Under the pieces are notes generated by a model, which was given only the letters and a program-made list of their open reading frames with translations, did not search any database and was not told the origin of the DNA. From a virus (lineage: Duplodnaviria > Caudoviricetes): a stretch of DNA of 52,148 nt. Positions 1 through 9,744 of this stretch are shown here, piece by piece (the first letter of the stretch is position 1; the number at the start of each line of letters is the position of its first letter). The translations under genes and the position numbers were made by a program. The DNA lies in IMG/VR virus record IMGVR_UViG_3300020171_000007, positions 1 through 52,148 of that record. The stretch is one strand, 5' to 3'.

Positions 1-127
1 AAGGGGCCATTCCATTAGGGTAACCTATATCACTACAATTTCTCGCAGTGCTGGACTATATCTTCCACAATATCAGTGGTTCGACGTATAGTCTCTGAGG
101 GAACCTTACTTCCAAATCTTGTATTGG
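1..127. repeat. Terminal direct repeat (copy 1), likely circular assembly overlap
   Basis: 1-127 identical to 52022-52148. Confidence 0.95.
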
Positions 128-916
128 TCATAGTCACATATCTTGTTTTGGATCTCTCTATGGCATCATCTAAACGATCTTGTTTTCTGCGGCAATAAAA
201 CTTAAATCCAGCTTGTATAGCAGAAGGCAATGAGATACTCACGATCAATCTCCTAGCATGATTCGGATTTATATGTTCTTCAACCTGCTTGCCTATAGTC
301 TTTATCCTAAGAATCCTTAGCAAATCAGGAAATTGAGTAACAAAACCTTTAGTTCCAGAGAAGGACAATCTATAAAAGAATCCATCTCTGCAATCTTTGT
401 TAGCCTGCTTAAGAATTGTTCCGTCAGTATCCATCAACCCAGCTAAGAAGTTCAACTTGGTCTGCTTGTCAGCCTCCCAAATAAAGTCTGGTATTTTTGT
501 CTTAGCTGCAGTTGCCATCACCACAAAACCTGTAAACTTTTGGTTATACCATATTAGCTTATCAAGGACAGTACCTTTCTCCGTAGTTTCTTGATACCTA
601 TGAGGTTTTAGATCTGTAATACACATAGAGACATCAAGAAAACATTTTGAGATTATCTCGTGATCCATACACTTTATACCTACCGAATATACACGATTAT
701 ATGGATTCCAAGAGTACCAACCATCACCAAGCCACGCCCCAAAAAAATATGCTAACTTTGACCAAAAAAGTTCTTGGTCTTCCCTGCTGATTGCCGATTG
801 TTCATTCATATCTTTTTCCTTTTTGCACTTAGGCAGAAAAAGCTTTACGGTGTTCCAGCATATAGTCGAATTCTCATGATTTGACAAAGCTTCAATCATG
901 ACCCCTACCCTATCTG
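24..916 (-). mobile_element. Group I self-splicing intron in the major capsid protein gene
   Basis: 5' exon ends in U (TACCT|CAGATAGGGTA, P1 with U-G wobble); intron ends in G (ATAGG|TTACCCTAAT); P10 UAGGGUA/UACCCUA; Q AATCAGCAGG, R TCAGAGACTA and S AAGATATAGTCC elements; splicing joins ILY-L-YPNGMAPL in frame. Confidence 0.93.
33..809 (-). CDS. Intron-encoded double-motif LAGLIDADG homing endonuclease
   Basis: Motifs YFFGAWLGDG and FLAGLMDTDG; likely ATG at 809 after AAAGGA (ORF open to 899); C-terminus PSETIR runs over the intron R/S core. Confidence 0.88.
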   Translation of the reverse strand: MNEQSAISREDQELFWSKLAYFFGAWLGDGWYSWNPYNRVYSVGIKCMDHEIISKCFLDVSMCITDLKPHRYQETTEKGTVLDKLIWYNQKFTGFVVMATAAKTKIPDFIWEADKQTKLNFLAGLMDTDGTILKQANKDCRDGFFYRLSFSGTKGFVTQFPDLLRILRIKTIGKQVEEHINPNHARRLIVSISLPSAIQAGFKFYCRRKQDRLDDAIERSKTRYVTMTNTRFGSKVPSETIRRTTDIVEDIVQHCEKL

Positions 917-996
917 AGGTATAAAATCTGCTCTCTCCAACTCATAGGGCGCTGATCTGTTATCCAGTCCCCTGTCCCACGCATCCCTAAAAACAT
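917..996 (-). CDS. Major capsid protein exon 1 (MFLGMRGTGDWITDQRPMSWREQILY+CT)
   Basis: AGGAGG RBS at 1005-1010, ATG at 996; frame stops just inside the intron; joins exon 2 at base 23/52044. Confidence 0.88.
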
Positions 997-1024
997 ATTA
1001 GTTACCTCCTCAAAAGAAAAGTTT

Positions 1025-1039
1025 GTTTAATTGTTAAAC
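1025..1039. promoter_or_regulatory. Dispersed palindrome copy 1
   Basis: GTTTAA TTG TTAAAC, flanks AGTTT/GATCT. Confidence 0.85.
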
Positions 1040-1054
1040 GATCTCAATCACCTC

Positions 1055-1417
1055 TTACGGATAGTCATACCCAGAGGGGAACGTAGTCGTAATCGCCGCC
1101 AGCGGATGCCAGAACAAGCCATCGCTGTACATCAGGAGCCGATCGCACTTGTTGTTGAGTACTACATCGGCCCAGCATTCAGAGTCGTCCTTGTCAGTTA
1201 CAGTGATTGTGTTGACTACGTCAGCAGCCCTCACAACGATTGAGTAAAAGCGGCCCTTAGCCTCTGAAACAGAAGGGAGCACAAGTACCATTGGAGCAGT
1301 AAGTGCACTCGGCCGCACCACGTAGTCGCGCGTAGTCATCTCAACCGAAGCTGCAGGGTCGATGAACTTGTCGACTACTTCTTTGTCATGCTCAGCAAAA
1401 CGATCTTCTAAACCCAT
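1055..1417 (-). CDS. Virion head-associated protein (decoration/cement candidate)
   Basis: 120 aa, beta-rich, between scaffold and capsid gene; GGAGG RBS. Confidence 0.5.
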   Translation of the reverse strand: MGLEDRFAEHDKEVVDKFIDPAASVEMTTRDYVVRPSALTAPMVLVLPSVSEAKGRFYSIVVRAADVVNTITVTDKDDSECWADVVLNNKCDRLLMYSDGLFWHPLAAITTTFPSGYDYP

Positions 1418-1421
1418 ATTG

Positions 1422-2348
1422 TTACCTCCGTGATAAAGTTGTGTTCATCTCATCAATTTCACTTTGAAGAGATGAAGTGTTTGGTTTGTCAGACTTTTGT
1501 CTTAGATTCCCTTTCTTACCTGGGAGACGAGGAAGTTTATCTTTCTCTTTATCATCTCCCTTAACCGCGTTCTTGTGAAGCTCCAGTCGTTTCCTAGCTT
1601 CAGGAGCTACCTGACTCATCAGCTCGTCATATTTCTTGTCTGGGTTCTTAGCGGCGATCTCTTCAAATACAGCAGCTACGACACGCTTAAACGGGACAAG
1701 GTCTTTATTGTCAGCATAGAATTTGTCACTTGATTCCTTGAGAGCGGTGATGATGCTCAGGTTGTGCTTGACTATGTCAGGCAGAGCACGGAGAACACCT
1801 TCGGTTGCTATTTTCTTAGAATCAGCGACTCCCTTTGTGTAGACTGAATTGAGAATCTTGTTAAGTGCATCCTTGTCACGAGTTAGATCATCGAGATCGA
1901 GTTCACCGATGAAGTCTTGTTCATCGAGAGTGAGGGGCTCTTCCTTGGGCTCCTCTTTCTTGACATCTTCTTTCTTTGGCTCTTCTTTCTTTACAGGAGC
2001 TTCTCTTTTCTCTGGCTCCGCATTTAGCCGGGCTCGAAGGTTAGCGATGATGGTGTCTTTGTCGGTCTCATCATCGTCCTTATCTTTGTCCTTATCTTTA
2101 TCAAGATCCTTATCAAGATCCTGATCCTCATCATCCTTATCCTTATCCTTATCCTTGTCATCTAGATCTTTATCATCTAGGTCTTTGTCTTTGTCTTTGT
2201 CAAGATCCTTATCCTTATCCTTATCTTTATCTTTATCATCCTCATCTTCAGAATGATCTACAGGACCTGGATCACCTAACGCACCGAGCATAGCTTCGAT
2301 CTCATCTTTCACATCAGTTTTCTTTTCGTCTTTATCTTCGTCTGCCAT
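1422..2348 (-). CDS. Capsid scaffolding protein
   Basis: Highly charged with acidic DK tract, helical C-terminal half, located between portal and capsid; AGGAGG RBS. Confidence 0.7.
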   Translation of the reverse strand: MADEDKDEKKTDVKDEIEAMLGALGDPGPVDHSEDEDDKDKDKDKDKDLDKDKDKDLDDKDLDDKDKDKDKDDEDQDLDKDLDKDKDKDKDDDETDKDTIIANLRARLNAEPEKREAPVKKEEPKKEDVKKEEPKEEPLTLDEQDFIGELDLDDLTRDKDALNKILNSVYTKGVADSKKIATEGVLRALPDIVKHNLSIITALKESSDKFYADNKDLVPFKRVVAAVFEEIAAKNPDKKYDELMSQVAPEARKRLELHKNAVKGDDKEKDKLPRLPGKKGNLRQKSDKPNTSSLQSEIDEMNTTLSRR

Positions 2349-2375
2349 AATCTGTTTCCTCCTTTGTTTGAGTTT

Positions 2376-2390
2376 GTTTAATCATTAAAC
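2376..2390. promoter_or_regulatory. Dispersed palindrome copy 2
   Basis: GTTTAA TCA TTAAAC. Confidence 0.85.
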
Positions 2391-2393
2391 GGA

Positions 2394-2852
2394 CTATTTT
2401 AACGCTATCTGACGTGACGTCTCTTTCCAATATCCATGAGTTGTAACGCCACCATCTCCGCCGATATTTACTAGTTCAAGAATATCATTTGTTTTAGCAG
2501 CAAAAGTTGAGAGTGCTGGGAGCTGATTGAGATAGATATTTCCACCTAAAGCAGCGCCATCAACAATACCTATGTTGTTATCCTGGAAGATAAACTTCTT
2601 TGTCTGACCCTCAACACCTCCATAAATCTTTGCAATGTTAGCTGCACCACCTGCATCTGTGATTAGAATCTCATAACCAAAGGTTCCAACTTCAGTCCCT
2701 ACAGTTAATGCAATAGCTCCAATTGCAATAGTGAGAGCAGTCACACCTACTCCAGAGCCTGCAGAGAGGGCATTGATACCTGCTCTAGCTTCTCTTATAT
2801 ATGCAGGATGGGAACTAATCATCTCAACATCAGTCGGTTTTGTTGCGTCCAT
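2394..2852 (-). CDS. Putative virion structural protein
   Basis: 152 aa Gly/Ala/Thr-rich, late arm, GGAG RBS. Confidence 0.5.
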   Translation of the reverse strand: MDATKPTDVEMISSHPAYIREARAGINALSAGSGVGVTALTIAIGAIALTVGTEVGTFGYEILITDAGGAANIAKIYGGVEGQTKKFIFQDNNIGIVDGAALGGNIYLNQLPALSTFAAKTNDILELVNIGGDGGVTTHGYWKETSRQIALK

Positions 2853-3132
2853 CTTTTTTCTCCTCCAGTCTTGTTTTGAGCAAGTCTAGGAATACATCAG
2901 GGAGACTTAAAAAATAGTCTACGGCCTTCTGTCTTCCATTAAGATCTCCCATATGTAATAGGACTGATGCGGTAGAGGGGTTCTTCCCTTCAGCATCGTC
3001 GACTATTGCCATCATCTCCCGATTGAATCCTTCTTTCCATGCTGAGAGCTCTTCAGTTATATCAGCCCAAAGAATAGATTCTTTGAATTCCTCAAGCTGA
3101 TCAACAGTTGCTCTGATTTGTACCTGTTCCAT
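2830..3132 (-). CDS. Small helical protein downstream of portal
   Basis: 100 aa, closely spaced with portal and overlapping the next gene; position typical of podovirus head modules. Confidence 0.55.
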   Translation of the reverse strand: MEQVQIRATVDQLEEFKESILWADITEELSAWKEGFNREMMAIVDDAEGKNPSTASVLLHMGDLNGRQKAVDYFLSLPDVFLDLLKTRLEEKKDGRNKTD

Positions 3133-3133
3133 C

Positions 3134-6100
3134 TCACACCCCTGTAGGGACTAAGTTGCCCTGCTGGACTTGGCTAGCTACCCTATCATCAGGCATTGTT
3201 GTAGTCTCAATCCTTCCCATGTTCCTTTTAAAGTCTTCCACATTCTTAGCCCCTAATTGCTGAGCGATGTAGGTGAAGATTCTGGTTACATCAAACTGCT
3301 GCATTAGCTCAGGAGTGGTACCTATGACTTTGAACAAGTCAATCCATGAACCAGAGAAATTCCCACCTGGGATGGAACCGTCTCTTACGATCAGATCATA
3401 GTTAATTGCTAGGTCTGAGGGATTGACTCTGGCTCTTCGTGCATCTCCGAAGTTCTTCACAAGCTGCTCTGCGTATCTTCCTACTGTAGAGACATAGGTC
3501 GCCTGTTTCATATATTGCTGAGTGTGAACGGCGAATTGAGTTCCTATATCCTGCATGAACTGCATACCTATGATCATTGCAAGTCTTTGTAATCGGCTCA
3601 CTGCAGATCCCCGAGTACCTTGGAACTCAGCCGAAGTCAATCTCTCCGGTCCACCTTGACGAAGAGAACCTTGCATTGACTGATCGGCTCCAGAGATTCT
3701 ATCCATCCACTGGGTGATGTAAGATGAATCGGCTATATTTCCACGAGTTATGTCGTTGACTTGGAGTTGCTGAACTACTTTATCAACTCCTCTTCCCCAT
3801 GCAGGCCTTCGCAAGCGGATGAGTTTGCCCGGCTGAGGATCTTTCAAGTCCTCGATGTTAACCAAATAGGGGTCGACGACCAACATGTCGTTTATAGCTT
3901 TTCTCACATTAGCTACATGACTTTGTCCGCAGATAGATACTTTACCATTCCTTCTTACAACTGTTAAGTGAGTAGAGTTCTCAAAGCAGTATACCTTACC
4001 TTTATACTGCATATCAGTTGTATTTCTAGTAGTAAGTGTAGCCCAAGGAGCGTCTTTATTCACATTTAAGTAGTAGAAAGGTTTTCCACTACTAGTATAA
4101 CTATCATGAATATGACAACTATACCCAAGTTTTATTGCTACCTCCTGGAGGTCATTAGATAATTGTCTACTTTCAGTACCTATCTTATATAGATTACTAT
4201 GACCATCAAAGACATGCCCATCACCTTTAACAAAACACTCAAAGAAATGGCTTAATGTAATCTTATCAGCATTCCTTATTACATCAGGCACTTCCTTATA
4301 TTCTCCAGTAGTACCTCCATGATAGCAGTTAGTTTCTAACCACTTATAAAAAGCCTTGTCAGTAATAGTCCACTGCCAGGCCTCTTTATTCTTATCATAA
4401 TACTTATTTACATGAAAAGGAAGATTATTAAAGTGATAGTCTATACTATCAAAGTGCTGTTTCTTAGACTGTTTAACTGTAATTGAGTGTGTACCACTTG
4501 ACTTTCCAAGTGTTATAGAACCATCACTAAGGAACCACCCAAGAAATCCAGCCATAAGACCAGCATCAATCTGTACATTACCCTGCCTTGGAAGTCTTCC
4601 AGTACTACCCTTTCTCTTTGCTTGTTCTATTACTATAGGCTGAGGTTGTACTCCACAGAAGTGCACAGCCATAGGAATCTTAAACTCATCCCACTCACTT
4701 TTCTCAAATATCTTGCTGGCTTCTTTAAACTCAGTTACATCTGAATGTCTATACTTTCCAAACATATTATGATTAGGAGTAACAGCCAGACTATATCTCT
4801 TAGAATCAAAGAGCTTAAGAATTCCATCATAGTCATACTCAAACCATTGCTTAGGAACCTCAAACCACATAGAACCATTACTAGGATCAACAGTAGCAAC
4901 ATCTAAGTTAGCTTTTTTAGCCTTAGCTAAGTTAACCCACCCAGCACTTGTCAACACCTCAGTTATATCATCATAGCAATTAAAGAGGAAATCAAGAGTG
5001 TGTTGTAAGCCATAAAGAACCTCCATTCGACCGATAGGTGTGATTGAATAGCCATCGTATTCCGGACTTGCTACGGCCATAGGGTATTGACCATGATTAT
5101 GGTCAGCTCTCTCACACGCTATAATCACATCATCTCCAGCCAGTTCAAAGTACCATTTTTCTGGTGCTTCACTCTTACTCAATTTCCACTCACGAGGAAT
5201 TAGAGTGATATACATTCTAATTCGATCGACTGGAGAGATAGTATCTGAAATGGCCCGGTGCATATCGGTAGCGCCACCATGCCGAGTATTACGATCGCTT
5301 TGGTCAAGTGCTAAAGTTGATCGCTTGTTCTTTTTAGTTCTTAGGTATTTTACATTGAAGAGGCCGGAGTCCGGCTGGTTCTCTTCACTAAGTAAATTAA
5401 CATAACTATCACGCTCTACCCAACCTATAAATTCACCCTTCTGAATATTATCACTGGAAACAGACGGATCAGGTAGCCACATGTAGGGATCTATGTTGGA
5501 CAGAGCATTGCCTTCAAATAAGAGACCTGAAACAAACTGGTTCATATTCTGAGTATCTTCACCAAACTCAGACTGTGTAGTCACTGATGCTTTTACAACT
5601 TTCCTACCATACTGTCGGCGCCATTCAGGTATCCCAATTCCTATTCCGTAACCTAAGGAATCACGGAGAACTGTGTGGACTGCCAGGGGAACCTTATTCT
5701 TAATACAGTGAAGTCTAATGACTAACTCCATTAGCATTGCTCCTACAGTATCATCATCTTCCACACCTTCATATTGGAACATAGGGTCTTGGAAGAAGGC
5801 CATTGATAAGTAGGTTAGCAATGCTTCAAGCATTGAATAGCTATAGGGAAACACTATGCTTACAGGCTTGGAAGAGTCCTTATTTTTAAGTGTTTCTTCC
5901 TTATCCTTCAAAGGCATATAGGTAGTCAAGGTCTTATCTATCTCACGCCAAGAATCAAAGCGCTTAGAGATTTCATTCCTTGACATTCTAGCCCGTTCCC
6001 AGATTTTGGATCGGAGCTTTTTGTGGAAATCGCTGTCGGGTCTAAGATCTAGCCCATTAGGATATTTATAGTTGAAGTCTTTTCTATAAACATCGCTCTT

Positions 6101-6136
6101 CCATCCGTCTGGTTCGCCAACTACGATATAGGGCAT
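3134..6136 (-). CDS. Portal protein containing an intein
   Basis: ~648-aa extein with podoviral portal character (DSLGYGIGIG, ISGADQSMQG, RLTSAEF) downstream of terL; 352-aa intein at residues 387-738. Confidence 0.82.
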   Translation of the reverse strand: MPYIVVGEPDGWKSDVYRKDFNYKYPNGLDLRPDSDFHKKLRSKIWERARMSRNEISKRFDSWREIDKTLTTYMPLKDKEETLKNKDSSKPVSIVFPYSYSMLEALLTYLSMAFFQDPMFQYEGVEDDDTVGAMLMELVIRLHCIKNKVPLAVHTVLRDSLGYGIGIGIPEWRRQYGRKVVKASVTTQSEFGEDTQNMNQFVSGLLFEGNALSNIDPYMWLPDPSVSSDNIQKGEFIGWVERDSYVNLLSEENQPDSGLFNVKYLRTKKNKRSTLALDQSDRNTRHGGATDMHRAISDTISPVDRIRMYITLIPREWKLSKSEAPEKWYFELAGDDVIIACERADHNHGQYPMAVASPEYDGYSITPIGRMEVLYGLQHTLDFLFNCYDDITEVLTSAGWVNLAKAKKANLDVATVDPSNGSMWFEVPKQWFEYDYDGILKLFDSKRYSLAVTPNHNMFGKYRHSDVTEFKEASKIFEKSEWDEFKIPMAVHFCGVQPQPIVIEQAKRKGSTGRLPRQGNVQIDAGLMAGFLGWFLSDGSITLGKSSGTHSITVKQSKKQHFDSIDYHFNNLPFHVNKYYDKNKEAWQWTITDKAFYKWLETNCYHGGTTGEYKEVPDVIRNADKITLSHFFECFVKGDGHVFDGHSNLYKIGTESRQLSNDLQEVAIKLGYSCHIHDSYTSSGKPFYYLNVNKDAPWATLTTRNTTDMQYKGKVYCFENSTHLTVVRRNGKVSICGQSHVANVRKAINDMLVVDPYLVNIEDLKDPQPGKLIRLRRPAWGRGVDKVVQQLQVNDITRGNIADSSYITQWMDRISGADQSMQGSLRQGGPERLTSAEFQGTRGSAVSRLQRLAMIIGMQFMQDIGTQFAVHTQQYMKQATYVSTVGRYAEQLVKNFGDARRARVNPSDLAINYDLIVRDGSIPGGNFSGSWIDLFKVIGTTPELMQQFDVTRIFTYIAQQLGAKNVEDFKRNMGRIETTTMPDDRVASQVQQGNLVPTGV
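3923..4978 (-). mobile_element. Intein with LAGLIDADG endonuclease in portal
   Basis: Block A CYDDITEVLTSAGW, block B VTPNHNM, endonuclease motifs FLGWFLSDG and FVKGDG, C-terminus KVYCF...VRRNGKVSICGQ followed by +1 Ser; AT-richer than flanks. Confidence 0.9.
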
Positions 6137-6146
6137 CTTGTCTCTC

Positions 6147-7334
6147 CTAAGCTTTAACGTACTTCATAGTGATCATTATCTTGGCTACGGCGCTACCAAG
6201 TCTGTATTTGATGGTTAAGGGGTTTTGAGCGGCTGCTGTCCCGATACAGAGTTTTACGTCTGTATCTATGTTATAGACACAGTTTCCAGAGTCTACTTGT
6301 GGAGTTACTGTGCCGGTTGAGTCTATTAAGAAGGTAGCATTTGCATCTATTACTCCAATTGAAGAAACAATTACTTCAACCTTTGCAGCATAGTTGGCTA
6401 AGATGGTTGGGAGTGCTTTGACACCATCATCTGCTATTGCTGCAGCATAACGCCAGTCTTCAACCGCTCCAATAGTTACTGGACCTGGAGCTATGTTCTG
6501 TGCAAGAATCACTTCAGCTATTGACTTAGGTAGCCATTTAGTAGTAGGATCATTCCATTGCATTAAGTCATTATTAGATATTCCAGCTAAGTTAGCATCT
6601 GAATGAGTTGAGACTGCATGAGCCTGAGCATGAGAAGCAGCTACTGTAGCAGCTACTGCAATGTCTGTATTGGTAGCATCTACTGGCAATCCATTAGCAT
6701 TTGCCTTCAACATCTGTCCAGAGGTAGCAGTCGAAGAATGATCTAGAGTATCTATAATGCTGTGTAAACGAGCATGAGCTGATCCAAGAGTTCCGTAGAG
6801 AGTGTCGAAGTAAGTTTTGAGGAATGCTTTAATCTGTGTCCAGGTAGATGTAACTAATACATCAGCCGCTACACTATCTCGATAGACTACTTTGTCTGCA
6901 TCTATGGGAGGATTCTTAGCCGTCAATGTATTAAGGATAGTAGATATTCTATATTTACCAGCTATAGCAATCCACCTTTCAGCGCCCACACCTGCAGCAT
7001 CCATAATATAGGGAGCACTGACAGCCGGACCACCAACATCATAGACATAGGTAGTGTATTCGTTAAGGCCTGGACTAACTACTTTATAAGCCAAGACCAA
7101 CATACCATTAGTCCCTGCAACAGATGCTAACTCAGTAGGATTGTCTATATCAGCAACTGCTACCGGATAAAGTAATCCCATATCAATGAGCCTAACTAAA
7201 TCATTAGATGCTACTGGTGCAGCAGTGCATGATATAGGATCTTCTACCTCCATAGACTTATCATAATCTCCATCATCATACTGATGGACATTGAGAAGAG
7301 ATCCAATTCTGATTTGTCTTAAAGTCATTGTCAA
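6147..7334 (-). CDS. Tail fibre-like virion protein
   Basis: 395 aa Ala/Thr-rich; fibre-type segments (HSIIDTLDHS, SNNDLMQWN...KW). Confidence 0.55.
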   Translation of the reverse strand: MTMTLRQIRIGSLLNVHQYDDGDYDKSMEVEDPISCTAAPVASNDLVRLIDMGLLYPVAVADIDNPTELASVAGTNGMLVLAYKVVSPGLNEYTTYVYDVGGPAVSAPYIMDAAGVGAERWIAIAGKYRISTILNTLTAKNPPIDADKVVYRDSVAADVLVTSTWTQIKAFLKTYFDTLYGTLGSAHARLHSIIDTLDHSSTATSGQMLKANANGLPVDATNTDIAVAATVAASHAQAHAVSTHSDANLAGISNNDLMQWNDPTTKWLPKSIAEVILAQNIAPGPVTIGAVEDWRYAAAIADDGVKALPTILANYAAKVEVIVSSIGVIDANATFLIDSTGTVTPQVDSGNCVYNIDTDVKLCIGTAAAQNPLTIKYRLGSAVAKIMITMKYVKA

Positions 7335-7340
7335 TAGTCC

Positions 7341-7355
7341 GTTTAATGATTAAAC
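7341..7355. promoter_or_regulatory. Dispersed palindrome copy 3
   Basis: GTTTAA TGA TTAAAC. Confidence 0.85.
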
Positions 7356-7359
7356 AATC

Positions 7360-7584
7360 TTAAATACTATACAGTTTAGTGTTAACAGCTTTTGTTAAAT
7401 TATCTAACTTTTCATTTATGTTATCTATCTTCTCTATCAACAAAGCCTGGCATGAAGACCTGATTTGAATACAGTTTTCCTTATTCATCTTACCATTATC
7501 TCCTATAGCTTTGCCAGCTATACCGGCTACTAACGCTACTACAACTCCACCAAGGACAGTTTCTATCACAGTGTAGCCCTCCAA
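7360..7584 (-). CDS. Small membrane protein, holin-like candidate
   Basis: N-terminal hydrophobic helix VLGGVVVALVAGIAG plus coiled-coil tail. Confidence 0.4.
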   Translation of the reverse strand: MEGYTVIETVLGGVVVALVAGIAGKAIGDNGKMNKENCIQIRSSCQALLIEKIDNINEKLDNLTKAVNTKLYSI

Positions 7585-9110
7585 TCCTCTATTGGCTTAT
7601 CATAGTTTAGTTCTTTATATTCAGCTTCCATGTCTTCAGGATTTTCCTTAGGACTGAAGTATCTTTCTCCAAGCTCAAGCATTTCAATGAGATAGGCCTC
7701 AGCATCCATTAGATCCCAAAGGGCAGATCGAGGAAACATTAGAAGCTGTTGTTCGAGCTTCCTAATTCCAGCACAAGAGGCATTGTGGTAGATGTAGCCT
7801 CCTCGGTAGTAAGGAACTAGTTCTTTAACACGAAGCTCTTTCTTCATCCCTCCGCGAGCCTTAAGCCAGATCAATTCAAAGAACGATCCACGCCTAAACA
7901 TCTCATTCTTGATCGGCTGCCTGATAAATTCATTAAGGGATGTTTCCTCAATCCCTAGTACTTTTGCACCTAGCATCTGAGCCATTCCGAACATAGCGTC
8001 GTAGATCTCATCAGGGTACATTTTCTCAGATATTACATCTCTGATGAAGATCTTGGCACTGTTAAGATCTATGCCGATTCCCATTATTGCAGTCTCAGCC
8101 GAGTGAATCTTGACCGTTTTAGCAGGATCCATAATGACTACTGTTTCAATGTTCTGGTCTTGTTGAACCTCAACATCGAGCATTTTAAGATCATTCTCAT
8201 TCCCATGCCTATCAGGAGGTAAGTTATAGTAATGGAAGTATTCAGTTCTGAATGCAGAGTCTTTTGTTGAGATAGGGAGATTCCTAAGCTCACGGAAAAA
8301 GACATCTGTTTGTCCAGCCTCAACATGCTGTTCCCATTCCTTCATGATGTCTGCATCTGACATAAAGTCTGGTGCAGTAGATTTAAAGTTATCATCACAA
8401 GCTTCGAGACGTACAGACTTCCATTCGTTAGAATCTAGTAATTTCTGAAGCACAGCATCTTCGTGCTTTAGTGTGTCGATGTAGACTATTTTCCAGTCTC
8501 TAGCCATAGGACCTATACGTGGGATAGCTTTTATTACATCTGCATAGAGCCACTCATACCAGCCCTTTCTGATTTCATCATTAGTTATTTTATCTGGGTC
8601 TTCAAGATCATCTATGATTATTAAGCCAGGTCGGTCGTTCTTGAATAGAACTCCACGCACCTGCTGTCCAGCACCTCTAGGCCAGACCAGAGTATCAAAT
8701 GCTACCCAGGCTTTTTTACTAAAGACTTCATCAAATTCAGCGTTGACTACGCTGTGAGATTTGAAAGAGCCGAAGAAGGATCTTATCTCCTTATTGGTTA
8801 CTAGTTCACGCCGAAGATTCTCGGTTTGTAGAGATGCAGCATCATGACTTTTGTTTATGTAGACAATGAATCCAGTATGACGGAACAAGATCCATCTAGC
8901 CATTAATGCCAAGGCAACGATGGAGGTCTTTCCCCAACCACGAGGAGCAGCTATGGCTACTTTCTGATCAGGCCCATCAATTAGATCAAATATCTTCCCA
9001 TGCACTTGCTCAGCAAAAGGCAAGGTAAAGCGCTCAGGAAAGAATGTAGAAGCGGTCATTCTTGTTGAGACGCTACATTTAGCTAATATATTTTGAATGT
9101 CCTGATCCAT
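7566..9110 (-). CDS. terL: Terminase large subunit
   Basis: Walker A APRGWGKTS, GQQVRG, Walker B IIIDDLE, nuclease IMDPA and DLMDA. Confidence 0.92.
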   Translation of the reverse strand: MDQDIQNILAKCSVSTRMTASTFFPERFTLPFAEQVHGKIFDLIDGPDQKVAIAAPRGWGKTSIVALALMARWILFRHTGFIVYINKSHDAASLQTENLRRELVTNKEIRSFFGSFKSHSVVNAEFDEVFSKKAWVAFDTLVWPRGAGQQVRGVLFKNDRPGLIIIDDLEDPDKITNDEIRKGWYEWLYADVIKAIPRIGPMARDWKIVYIDTLKHEDAVLQKLLDSNEWKSVRLEACDDNFKSTAPDFMSDADIMKEWEQHVEAGQTDVFFRELRNLPISTKDSAFRTEYFHYYNLPPDRHGNENDLKMLDVEVQQDQNIETVVIMDPAKTVKIHSAETAIMGIGIDLNSAKIFIRDVISEKMYPDEIYDAMFGMAQMLGAKVLGIEETSLNEFIRQPIKNEMFRRGSFFELIWLKARGGMKKELRVKELVPYYRGGYIYHNASCAGIRKLEQQLLMFPRSALWDLMDAEAYLIEMLELGERYFSPKENPEDMEAEYKELNYDKPIEDWRATL

Positions 9111-9220
9111 TAGAGATCCTTTATCCTCACTACCGGCCCGTTCGCTGCCCCGGCCTTGGTACCGAGGTCTTTAACGTAAAAGAGCAGGTGTGGAGGGCAG
9201 AATTTAATCATAAGGCTCCT

Positions 9221-9733
9221 TTAGGTAATAGTCATTCCTGTCGGGCGGGCGGCATCTACGGAAGACGTTACCCTTGCATATGCCACCGAACCACCAGCTG
9301 CTGCTAAGGCCCCGGCAAGAGTCATTGTGACAGTAAGTACAAGGCCGGAATCTCCCACTCCAATAGTGGCGTTTTTGAAATCCGAGGTCAGCGCTTCGAT
9401 TGTGCCACCAATAGAGGTTGTGGAAGTGCAAACATACCGAGCTATACCACCATACGCCGTATTTCCTGAGCTGATCGATGCAATAGTCAATTCAATAATA
9501 TGCGTCGCCATTGTTGCCTGGCTCGGAAAGGTTATATTCACAGCAACTGTGTTATCAAGCGATCCCGCGAGGGCAAATAACTCTGTAAATATCCCACCGT
9601 GTTTTTCATCTCCCGTAAACACCGGACTTGCCTTCGGTGCCTTACTCGACAGCAACGCCGTTTCGTCAACCGTGAGAAAAAATCCAGTTACGGCGTCTTT
9701 AATATACTTGAAAAATCCTATTTGATCCGGCAT
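9221..9733 (-). CDS. Tail fibre-associated protein
   Basis: 170 aa beta-rich, KAPKASPVFTG fibre-type motif, follows the large fibre gene. Confidence 0.5.
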   Translation of the reverse strand: MPDQIGFFKYIKDAVTGFFLTVDETALLSSKAPKASPVFTGDEKHGGIFTELFALAGSLDNTVAVNITFPSQATMATHIIELTIASISSGNTAYGGIARYVCTSTTSIGGTIEALTSDFKNATIGVGDSGLVLTVTMTLAGALAAAGGSVAYARVTSSVDAARPTGMTIT

Positions 9734-9744
9734 TTTGTCTTCCC

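Noticed and set aside
1-127. Biological terminal repeat
   Set aside because: 127 nt matches a common assembler k-mer and cuts through an intron/exon junction; more likely a circularisation overlap
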